From Eledone cirrhosa (Eukaryota), in the NCBI GenBank assembly GCA_964016885.1, contig OZ024747.1:68138001-68202000 (forward strand): 64,000 bases of DNA, given 5' to 3'. The notes under the pieces are model-generated. The model saw only the letters and a program-made list of their open reading frames with translations, was not told the DNA's origin and made no database searches. Position numbers and translations under genes: made by a program. Position 1 is the first letter of the stretch, and each line of letters starts with the position of its first letter. Below are positions 22,301 through 31,982 of this stretch, piece by piece.

Positions 22301-22761
22301 CCTGCATAGTCCCAACGTGCATCCAGGATGTCATTCCAATCCCCCGCTAGAAGCAGGGAACGCGACGTTCCCAGAAAAGTCTCCAAACGCTGGAAGAAGT
22401 CGGGCCGTTCAGCTCCGAAAGGGGAGTAGACGGCGACCAGTCTCAAGGCCGCACTTTCACTACTGCCAACGTCTAGCACCAACAAACGACCCTCCGGGTC
22501 CGAGTGCACAACCTGTACGGCAAGACCCAGGTGTTTTTGCAGCAGCACGACAACCCCACCCCCACCTCCAGGTTGACAGAGAGATGCATGCACCTCAAAG
22601 TCATCGAAGGTGGGGGCCAGCTGCCGCATGACGCTGATTCGAGTCTCACAGATAACCATTACATTTATACTACATGACCTGAGGTCATTTAGAAGCTTTG
22701 CTTGCTTCCAAGTTGAGCCCAGGCCACGTGCATTCAAACATCCTACTCTTAACACATCCAT
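19324..22761 (-). CDS. Tx1-type ORF2: apurinic-like endonuclease, reverse transcriptase, C-terminal zinc finger
   Basis: LNARGL, ICET, GDWN, LDRF, TDH (endonuclease); KSPGLDG, NFRPITLLN, DQSKAFDRV, RQGCPLS, YADD (RT); CPRC...ETVAHALVQC. Confidence 0.96.
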   Translation of the reverse strand: MDVLRVGCLNARGLGSTWKQAKLLNDLRSCSINVMVICETRISVMRQLAPTFDDFEVHASLCQPGGGGGVVVLLQKHLGLAVQVVHSDPEGRLLVLDVGSSESAALRLVAVYSPFGAERPDFFQRLETFLGTSRSLLLAGDWNDILDARWDYAGACPNRGGCNSLKGLLDRFNLVDRYRLDFPTVPTWTWRNHSGQSRSYLDRFLVRSKDRDILSCPEMRTVGYTDHKLVTCVVNLEKTHRQGPGYWKLNLSLPAKETYRNRISRLVKERLTGAIVNNRWWASLKREIRTESISYSKMLAANRNRNEKELTGKLEEAIKSEDVARVLASRTALNQFFDAKHEGCVIRSKIRALGNEGAKAVGWARVTEAKSGNRSTIRSLQDEDGRVIREPKQMCEAFQKHFARLFGGGEGPGRGVDFGPYLDGLPRLSNKEAESCEGPISADEIGDALSQCSRRKSPGLDGIPYELYLAMPVFFSELLEAVYCNWQQNGRIPCSVAKGVVTLVRKDENKGDSINNFRPITLLNTELKILAKVLAKRLALVVGGLVGDAQTCAIPSRSIHDNLHLMRYIIERVGNKPGFGGALINLDQSKAFDRVDHGYLDAVLAAAGFGPVFRGWITALHSNHICSRIKVNGYLSKPFEITRSIRQGCPLSSLLYVLTLEPLLRKLELLQGIPLEPGLSKAVSAYADDVTVMVSTDSEIEAIGTLLEEYERLSGAKLNREKSIGLQLGTWRGKPMPPDGVVGHWTEGPVKLLGVWFGPDLQVEKNWNEVTNKVFALTQKWAKCKLSLKGRAEVANIYIASVTYYRLTVVPCPKETLTTMERMLFQFLWKKRPPMVRRSICCQQPSKGGLGMPWLMMRRHALRLRHLQVFLTGQPVWAPFVKRAFPRLVSLTELQSWVKQRSGKLGDWHTECAQALRALWQAGRAIGGESTSSFYRGLVASRGDDTLGESLDMEEDELASLFGRTFGPGPMDNFQKSLAWQCYRGALPVRERLYRHGRPGRDPSKKICPRCVRHEETVAHALVQCPGVADLWGYAEQLLSRVAPIKLTAESVMTIKPPPLFTKEAKAVFLCVIAMLKEVVWWTRLKGLRSGNFLSGHSLVYFFRYHFGRRIRMEREVLGHRQFYERWVIVARMARVNGPSLYTIL

Positions 22762-22794
22762 GTGGGCGGCAGAGCCAAAGGAGAGTGTAGAGAC

Positions 22795-24672
22795 CTACCT
22801 TTCCGCTTCCCGGGGTTCGGGTTGCACGACTTCCATGGGGTCGGGGGTGTTGGGTGAAGGGGTGTCTTGTGGTGGTGTGGGGTCGTCGGTGTGTGGTGGG
22901 GTTGGGGTGTTTGGAGTTGTGTTGGGGAGGGGAAGGGGAGGGGGAAAGCTTTTTAGTAGGACGCGGTTTATGGGTTTGACAGAGGGTGGTCCTACGTCCT
23001 CCTTAAAATCCTTTTTTAGTTTTTGGTAGAGGTTCATTGGGATTTTTATTAGTTTTAAATGTGGGTGGTTTTCTGATGAAACAAAGTTTACACCTTCGGT
23101 TTGTACCGAAGGATTATTGTATATGAGTTCATTTAATTTATTATTGTTTCTGTTGATGTAAGTATAGTGTAATGTCTTTTTTTCCGATGGTGTGAGTGTT
23201 TCGAAGAGGGGAGGGGCAGGTTTGGTTTTGTTTGTTGCTGGAGGGGTGTTTTCTGTTTTGTTAGATTGTGTTGCGATTTGGGTGGGGGTTGTTTGTCCTT
23301 GTGTGTTTTGCACATGTTTTCTTTTTTTCCTTTTAATCTGTCTGAAGGACTCCGTTTCTTCCTCCGAATTCGTTGGGTTATCTTCAGTGTTGGAGGGAAG
23401 AGGTATGTTTGCTGGTAATGTTTCCGTGTTGGTTTTCTTTGTGGGGGAGATGGATGTCACTATGTTAGACTGTGTTGTGTGTTGTGTCTGCGGTGGTTGT
23501 GTTGTTTTATTGAGTGAGAGGTTGGGTGGGCCTGTATTTTGTTTTGGGGTAATGTGTTGTGACTGTTTGTGTTGTGGTGGTGTTGTGGTGTTACTGAGGG
23601 ACGGGTTGGGTGGGACTGAGTTTTGTTGTTTGTTTATCTGTTGTGGTGGTGGTGGTGGAGCTGGTGTTGGTAGCAGGGTTTTCTTTTTGTTGAGTTGGGG
23701 ACAAGCGGCCTTCAGGTGCCCTCTGCCTGCACAGATATGGCAGGACGGCCTTCTCCCCTCCACGCTAATGTTTATATACCCGTGGTCCTCTAATAGGATT
23801 CTGTCGGGTATTTGGGCGATACGTTCAGGCTTCATTTGTACTATCAGCTCTATACCTGTTCCACTGAACGCATTGCCTGTGGTTTTCCCAATGGAAATCA
23901 CGTTGTCATTCACTGGATCGATGAAGCCAGCTATGAGCCAGCAGTAGTCCACATCTGGCATCATTGCATCCAGCCATATGCGTTGAGTTTTTTTCCCCAT
24001 ATAAGATGGATAAAAGGTGAAATTTTTCGAACGAATCGGTGACAAAGCACATTTTTTTGCCGCCGATTCGTTCTTCATGATAATTGCTAGGCTTCCATAC
24101 AGTCTGTCTTTTCTTATGAAAGTTGTTTCATTCAGTACTTCTGCGAGTACTGTTTTGATATCTGCTTGAGAAGGCTGTTCAGGTTTTTTTGTACTGTTGT
24201 TGATGGTCCGAAACTTGACCGTTCGGCTTTCAATGTCTTTCGTGAATTCTTGAGGCATTTTTACCAATAAAATACCATTCTCACCTTCACTTATGTATTG
24301 TTTTGCGTCCGTGATCCTTCGTACCACATCTGAAATGTTTTCCGCTATATAAGTCAAAGATTTCTTTGTTTTCTGTGCAAATGAAATCTTGTCGTCTGCT
24401 TTGTTTTCTGATATTATGTTATTTTCAACTGTTATTTTTTTGTTTGTTGTGTCTTTGTTTGTGTTATTAGTATTGTCATGCAATTTTTCAAATTTTTTTT
24501 CTTCGTTGTTTTCGACATTTAATTTTTTCTCCGCAGATTCGTCCGTTTTTATTTTCATTTTTCCTTCCTTCTCTATGACGTTAGTTGGGAAGGAAGGGAG
24601 GACTAAAGCGTGCGAGCTTACAACTCTTACCGCTGTCCCCCCACCACTATTTTCGTTCGCTGCGTTTAACAT
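22795..24672 (-). CDS. Tx1-type ORF1, gag-like nucleic-acid-binding protein
   Basis: 625-aa ORF upstream of ORF2 with CCHC knuckle CHICAGRGHLKAAC and a Pro/Thr/Gln-rich disordered tail. Confidence 0.88.
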   Translation of the reverse strand: MLNAANENSGGGTAVRVVSSHALVLPSFPTNVIEKEGKMKIKTDESAEKKLNVENNEEKKFEKLHDNTNNTNKDTTNKKITVENNIISENKADDKISFAQKTKKSLTYIAENISDVVRRITDAKQYISEGENGILLVKMPQEFTKDIESRTVKFRTINNSTKKPEQPSQADIKTVLAEVLNETTFIRKDRLYGSLAIIMKNESAAKKCALSPIRSKNFTFYPSYMGKKTQRIWLDAMMPDVDYCWLIAGFIDPVNDNVISIGKTTGNAFSGTGIELIVQMKPERIAQIPDRILLEDHGYINISVEGRRPSCHICAGRGHLKAACPQLNKKKTLLPTPAPPPPPQQINKQQNSVPPNPSLSNTTTPPQHKQSQHITPKQNTGPPNLSLNKTTQPPQTQHTTQSNIVTSISPTKKTNTETLPANIPLPSNTEDNPTNSEEETESFRQIKRKKRKHVQNTQGQTTPTQIATQSNKTENTPPATNKTKPAPPLFETLTPSEKKTLHYTYINRNNNKLNELIYNNPSVQTEGVNFVSSENHPHLKLIKIPMNLYQKLKKDFKEDVGPPSVKPINRVLLKSFPPPLPLPNTTPNTPTPPHTDDPTPPQDTPSPNTPDPMEVVQPEPREAER

Positions 24673-25089
24673 TTCTGTTAGACGATTGAAATTTTTTGCA
24701 CAAAATTTTTTTTTTTTTTAAAACAGGTTTTTCACCTCTAGGAGGGGTAAAGATGAGCTGACCCACCGCCTGACAGTTCAGACGGAGGGTCAAGCTACAC
24801 AATTGTATCAAAATTAAGTTTGAACTCACAAAATTTCCTCAATAAATTTGAACAAAACTTCTGTGCGAAGTGAATGACATCCACACTGTAGAACAGACGA
24901 CAGCTAGATTATATATAGATATATATATATAGATATATATATATAGATATATATATATAGATATATATATATAGATATATATACATATAGATATATATAG
25001 ATATATAGATATATATAGATATATAGATATATATATATAGATATATATATAGATATATATATAGATATATATATAGATATATATATATG

Positions 25090-25609
25090 TTTCTTTTATT
25101 TGCCACAAGGGCATCAAAAGTGGGACAAGTACAATGGGGGGAGTTTACAAAACAAGGCGTCCTCAATAAGGAGGAGGCAATAACAATATATAAAAATAAA
25201 ATAAAATATAACAAAAAATAGAATTATAACAAAATCCTCAATAGAGAGGAGGCGCCTTGGGGGGTCGCACACACCCCCGAAAAAAGTGTGCAACCCTTTT
25301 CCTCAGGAGCACAGAGAGGGGGTGCTCCCTCGTTCCTTCCTCTTTTCCACCTACAGGCTCATGTAAAGAGAAGGCCCATTCACACGGGCCATTCTCGCCA
25401 CTTTCACCCATCTTTCATAGAAACGGCTGGGGTGCAGCACCTCTCTCTCCATCCTGATCCTTCTTCCGAAATGATATCGGAAGAAACGGACCAGTTGTTG
25501 GCCAGAGAGAAAAGTGCCTGACCTCAGTCCTTTCAGACGCGTCCACCATACAACCTCTTTCGCCATGGCTATTACGCACAGAAACACCGCCTCTGCTTCA
25601 TCTTTGAAA
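25090..25609 (-). mobile_element. 3' fragment of a related Tx1 subfamily
   Basis: ORF 25351-25587 matches the ORF2 C-terminus (KEVVWWTRLKGLRSG...ARMARVNGPSLY); similar 3' UTR. Confidence 0.92.
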
Positions 25610-26910
25610 TGAAAAATTTACCATTATATCTAACCTAGATTCTATAATAAATAGACGCTCAGATTTGTTTTCTATCTGCCTGCATAAATTCCATAGAACT
25701 TTTCACAAAGTATACAGTTAATATTCAATTCTTTATCAATTTAGAATCTTTTCTCAAAGGCACATATACATACACCTCTTTAAAATATACCCATCTACCT
25801 TACTTTAAAGGGCATTATACACTCTATAATACTCGTTTACTCATTACCCTCATTCTATCTTCTTGTAAAATCATAACATCTGTTTTTGACATTTGAATAT
25901 TCATCCGCAATCATTATTATTTTTTCTCTCTATCATAAATCTTTTTAATCTCAATTTCATCCTTAATTTATTATTATTTTTTTCTCCCCTTCAACGAACT
26001 CATTATTAATACATATTAACTCTTTATTCGCACATATTATCAATTCAATCAATATACAAACTTTAACTTCACATTATTTTTCTCAAATCCTTCTACACAC
26101 AAACCTTAACAATTTTTCTCTTCGCTAATTTTGAAATTGCCACAATACATACATTTCTTTTTTTGACGTTAGAATATTCACCCACAATTATTTTTTTCTC
26201 TCTATCTTCATACATAATTTCCCTTCTTTAATTTATACATTATCTTCCAACGGTTCCCAAGCTCTCTATATTAAAACAATATATCTTTTTCTCAGTTATA
26301 AAAACTATCTCTTTCTCTCTATCACCCATCTCTCCCTCTCCACCTTCACTCTCATCTCCTCCCCCTTTTTTTCATCCTTTCCACCCCCCCCCCCCCCTCC
26401 CTAAATAAAATATTTTTTCCTCGCACATATCCTCCCTTCGTTAATTTTCAAAATTTTTAATTTATACAGTATCTTCCAACGGTTTTCAACCTCTCTATGT
26501 AAAAAATATATCTCCTCTCAGTTATAAAAACTATCTCTTTCTCTCTATCACCCATCTCTCCCTCTCATCTCCTTCCCTTTTCATCCTTTCCCCCCCCCTC
26601 TCTAAATAAAATAATTTTCCCAATATCACACATCAATCTAAAACCACTTTTCATATGTTGATTTAAAACTGCACTATCCACAAGTGTTTTTTAGCCTTCA
26701 TATCATGTTCTCCTATTTTATCTGATGAAAACACAAATATTATTGCTTGATGATGTTTGTTTTTGAAATGCGCATAATAAAATATATGGAACTCCTTTAA
26801 CCATCTTTTGATCTTATATTATGCATACTCCAGTCCCACAAACTGTTGAGTGCTTCTTATCCGATATCTGCATTGCTTTATTGTACTACAATAAAACTCA
26901 CCTCCTACAT
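25608..26910 (+). mobile_element. 3' fragment of a Penelope-like element (ORF tail, 1-kb 3' UTR, hammerhead, tail)
   Basis: 25611-25721 encodes EKFTIISNLDSIINRRSDLFSICLHKFHRTFHKVYS*, matching the end of the 820-aa ORF (ELFEIM...LLNKRQELIISCNHK). Internal duplication at about 26230-26420 and 26460-26620. Confidence 0.85.
26714..26784 (+). ncRNA. Type I hammerhead ribozyme (helix III TGCGCA)
   Basis: Perfect 8-bp stem I TATTTTAT/ATAAAATA, CTGATGA 26722-26728, long stem II 26729-26764, GAAA, TGCGCA, TA. Confidence 0.88.
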
Positions 26911-27390
26911 TATATATAGATATATATATATAGATATATATATATAGATATATATAGATATATATAGATATATATATATAGATATATATATATAGATATA
27001 TATATATATATGTAAATATGTATATGTATATATAGATATAGATATATATATATAGATATATATATAGATATAGATATATATATATATAGATATATATATA
27101 TATAGATATATATATATATAGATATATATATATATAGATATATAGATATATATATATATAGATAGATATATATAGATATATATATATATAGATATATATA
27201 TATATATAGATATATATATATATAGATATATATATATATAGATATATATATATAGATATATATATATAGATATATATAGATAGATAGATAGATATATATA
27301 GATAGATAGATATATATAGATAGATAGATATATATAGATAGATAGATATATATCTATATAGATATATATCTATATAGATATATATCTATA
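26911..27390. repeat. (TA)n/(TAGA)n microsatellite
   Basis: Direct reading. Confidence 0.97.
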
Positions 27391-29708
27391 TAACTTTGAA
27401 TAACTTTGAAATGTTTTGGCCAGTATTGGCCCAGGCCATGTCTAACTTAATAGCACCACCTGGCGAAGTCTTTCAATTCAGGATTTGGGCACCATGGCCC
27501 ATTCGAGAAGAGAATTACTGTTTGCGGAGACATATCCGGGTGTGGGTGGTTTGTCCGGGATTACTTGGAGGAATTTGTCCAAAGACTTCTTGAATTTTGT
27601 GTGGTCAGTTTCTGTTTTGACGTGTCCTGGTGTGATGTTGAAGAGAGCAGGGCCGATTGAGGTGAAATAATTGTGCCGTATTGTTGTTATGAGTTGCGAT
27701 TTAGATTTTTGAATGGGACGGATAGCACGGGGCCCAAGCCTTGGGTGTATCTTGAAGGCGATGCCAACATCATTTGGGCAGTGATGATGGAACATTTTCC
27801 ACATCATGCAGATAATATAACGCTCACGGCGACGTTGGAGTGAGTAAAGTTTCAGGTTTTCCAATCGACCCCAGTAGTCAAGGTCTGACATGCCATCTGT
27901 CTTTTTCGTGATTGCCCTTTGAGGAGCTTCAAGTTTCATGATACTTTGTTTCGTGTGGGGAGACCACAGTGGACAACAGTATTCAAGGTGTGGTCGGGCG
28001 AAAGTAGAGAAGAGAAGGATAATGGTGCGGGAATCTCTCGACTGGAAGGTTCTGAGGATCCAGGAACACATTCTGCGGGCCATGTCAACTTTGCTGCTTA
28101 TATGCGTGGTCCAGCTTATGTTGCTGTCCACGGTTACTCCCAAGTCTCTGATGTTGTTAGATGCCACGAGAGTTTCCCCGGAGGGAAGGGAGTACGGGAG
28201 TTTCAGAGCATCCTCTTTTCCAAAGTGGATCAGTTCGAATTTGTCTTCGTTCAGTAACATGTTGTTCTTTTCTGCCCATTGGGTAACAGCCAGTAGGTCT
28301 GACTGAAGGCTTATCCGGTCATCCACGCCATTGATGACCTTTTGGAGCTTGGAATCATCAGCGAAAATTTTAATGTTGCTGTGTTTGATGATGTCAGTGA
28401 TGTCATTAATATAGATGATGAAGAGAAGTGGGCCCAACACAGTGCCTTGTGGGACTCCACTACTGACTTTGGCTGGGCTTGATTTGACTCCCTCAACTAC
28501 AACATGTTGGGTTCTGTTTGACAGGAAGCTCTTGATCCACTGCAGCAGCTTTCCAGTGACACCAATATTGGACAGCTTTCTCAGTAGAATGTTATGATCA
28601 ACCCTGTCAAAGGCCTTGCTGAAATCAAGGTAGATAACATCAGTGTTGGAACCCTCTCCCAAGGCTCTCAAAATGTCATCAAAGTGATGCAGTAGTTGCG
28701 TCAGGCAATCCCTTCCATTACGGAATCCATGCTGGTTGGAGTTCAGCATATTGTTACTCTCAAGGAAGTGGGTCATTCGCGATCTCACCACTCGCTCAAA
28801 TACCTTAATGATATGAGAGGTGAGTGAGATTGGACGGTAATTCACGGCAAGGGATTTGTTTCCCTTTTTGAAAACTGGGACAACAGACTGGGATAGAAGG
28901 TTTTCTGGCACATATCCAGCATCCAGTGAGTTCCGCCACAGATTGGCAAGAGGAGAAGCAAGTTGGTGTTGACACGCCTTCAAGACACAAGCAGGGAACC
29001 TATCGGGACCTACTGCTGAATTATGCTTGATTTCCTTTATTGCCGCCAAGACATCAAGGGCGCCAAACGTTATGTCCGATAAGGTGTAATGGGGAGTAAC
29101 ATCGCCGATACAGCCCAGATCGGCCATATCAGGATTGCTGAAAACAGAGCAGTATTGTTTCTGCAGTATCTCACCCATGGTTTTAGCATTGTCTTGAAGA
29201 GTGCCATTTTCATCAATTAGAGGGCCAACAGTAGAGCCAGTGATTTTGTGTTTTTTTGCAAATGAAAAGAACACTTTGGGATTGAGTTTGATCTTCTCAA
29301 TGGCCCAGGCCTCTTCAGCTCTTCTCTGATTGTTGATGAGGGACATTATGTTGTTTTGGAGGTTATGTTTTTTAATCTCTAGTGATGAAATGGCAGTCAA
29401 GTTGATGTGTTGCTGCTGACAGTATTTCAGCTTGTTGATTTTTTTGTTCGTTCTCTTAATTTTTCTGATGAGCGTTTTTCTATTTCTAGGGATTCTGCTC
29501 TTAGATTTGTTTATAGTTCTTAATGGGGTGTGTTTAGCACATATGTTTGTAACAGTGTCCACAAATGTCTGCCAGGACTTTTTGATGTTAGTGGGTGTAT
29601 GAGTGTGCGTGAAGGACCAGTCGACATGTGCAAGATCATGACTGATCGCTTCCCAGTTTGCATTGTGGAAATCCATAGCGTCAAACGGATGGACAGGAGA
29701 GATGACAT
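27391..29708 (-). mobile_element. CR1-group LINE, 5'-truncated, RT frame intact (27478-29676)
   Basis: NYRPISLTS, QHGFR, YLDFSKAFDRV, GVPQGTVLGPLLF, FADD, RDLGV, RPHLEYC..WSP motifs; 3' tandem repeat (TTCAAAGTTA)2. Endonuclease domain missing. Confidence 0.92.
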
Positions 29709-31487
29709 ATCTATATAGATATATATCTATATAGATATATATCTATATAGATATATATCTATATAGATATATAGATATATAGATATATATCTATATAGAT
29801 ATATAGATATATAGATATATATCTATATAGATATATAGATATATAGATATATATCTATATAGATATATATCTATATAGATATATATCTATATAGATATAT
29901 ATCTATATAGATATATATCTATAGATATATATCTATAGATATATATATATATAGATATATATATATATATATATATATATAGATATATATATATATAGAT
30001 ATATATATATAGATATATATATATAGATATATAGATATATATAGATATATATATATAGATATATATAGATAGATATATATATATATATATAGATATATAT
30101 ATATATAGATATATATAGATATATATATATATATAGATATATATAGAGATATATATATATAGAGATATATATATATATAGATATATATAGATATATATAT
30201 ATATATAGATATATATAGAGATATATATATATAGAGATATATATATATATATATATAGATATATATATATATATAGATATATATATATATATAGATATAT
30301 ATATAGATATAGATATATATATAGATATAGATATATATATATATATAGATATATATAGATATAGATATATATATATATATAGATATATATATATATATAG
30401 ATATATATATATATAGATATATATATATATAGATATATATATATATATAGATATATATATATATAGATATATATATATATATCTATATATATATATATCT
30501 ATATATATATATATATATATATATAGATATATATAGATAGATATATAGATATATATATATATAGATATATATAGATAGATATATAGATATATATATATAT
30601 ATAGATATATATATATATATATATATAGATATATATATATATAGATATATATATATATAGATATATATATATATAGATATATATAGATATATATATATAT
30701 ATATATATATAGATATATATAGATATATATATATATAGATATATATATATATATATATATATATAGATATATATATATATAGATATATATATATATATAG
30801 ATATATATATAGATATATATATATATATATATATATATAGATATATATATATATAGATATATATATATATAGATATATATATATATAGATATATATATAT
30901 ATAGATATATATATATATAGATATATATATATATAGATATATATATATAGATATATATATATATAGATATATATATATATAGATATATATATATAGATAT
31001 ATATATATATAGATATATATAGATATATATATATATAGATATATATAGATATATATATATATATAGATATATATATATAGATATATATAGATATATATAT
31101 ATATATAGATATATATAGATAGATATATATATATATATATATATATATAGATATATATAGATATATATAGATATATATATATAGATATATATAGATATAT
31201 ATATATATAGATATATATATATATAGATATATATATATATAGATATATATATATATAGATATATATATATATAGATATATATAGATATATATATATAGAT
31301 ATATATATATATATATAGATATATATATATATAGATATATATATATATAGATATATATATATATAGATATATATATATATATATAGATATATATATATCT
31401 ATATATATATAGATATATATATATATATATATATATAGATATATATATATATCTATATCTATATAGATATATATATATATCTATATA
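29709..31487. repeat. (TA)n/(TAGA)/(TATC) microsatellite
   Basis: Direct reading. Confidence 0.97.
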
Positions 31488-31982
31488 TATGTAGATAAAT
31501 CTACCAAGAGTTTACGGTAGTGTCCAATCCGTATGAAGAACTCAATGTATTCCGGATATCATGGAAAGAAGAGATGTAATGAAAATCCAATTTCGGTGAA
31601 AGATAAACGGTATACAGAGTCAAGATAAAATATTAAACAAATAATGAACAAACAATTCCTTATATTAAACAAAAAAAGTTCACTATTAGATATCTTGACT
31701 CTGTATACCGTTTATCTTTCACCGAAATTGGATTTTCATTACATCTCTTCTTTCCATGATATCCGGAATACATTGAGTTCTTCATACGGATTGGACACTA
31801 CCGTAAACTCTTGGTAGATTTATCTACATAATTTTGCTCCTATTTTCACGGAAATATTCGTATTTTTGTACTGTATGTGTGTATTAATTTTATATTTATG
31901 TATAAACATATATATATGTATGATTTTGTAAACCCATATACATTTAGTTGAGCTCTTTCAATTGTCCATCATCCATATCACA

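Larger units (their letters stand above)
19109..24908 (-). mobile_element. Apparently full-length Tx1/L1-clade non-LTR retrotransposon
   Basis: Two uninterrupted ORFs 33 nt apart, short UTRs, AATAAA at the 3' end, TA/TAGA microsatellite on both sides. Confidence 0.93.

Noticed and set aside
23192-23947. Antisense 251-aa Val/Gly/Cys-rich ORF
   Set aside because: Shadow of the Pro/Thr/Gln-rich Tx1 ORF1 on the opposite strand.
31873-31947. Possible retained intron upstream of the PLE ORF (GTATGT...TTTAG)
   Set aside because: Splice-like ends are present, but the upstream in-frame segment hits a stop before any ATG. Cannot be supported without RNA data.
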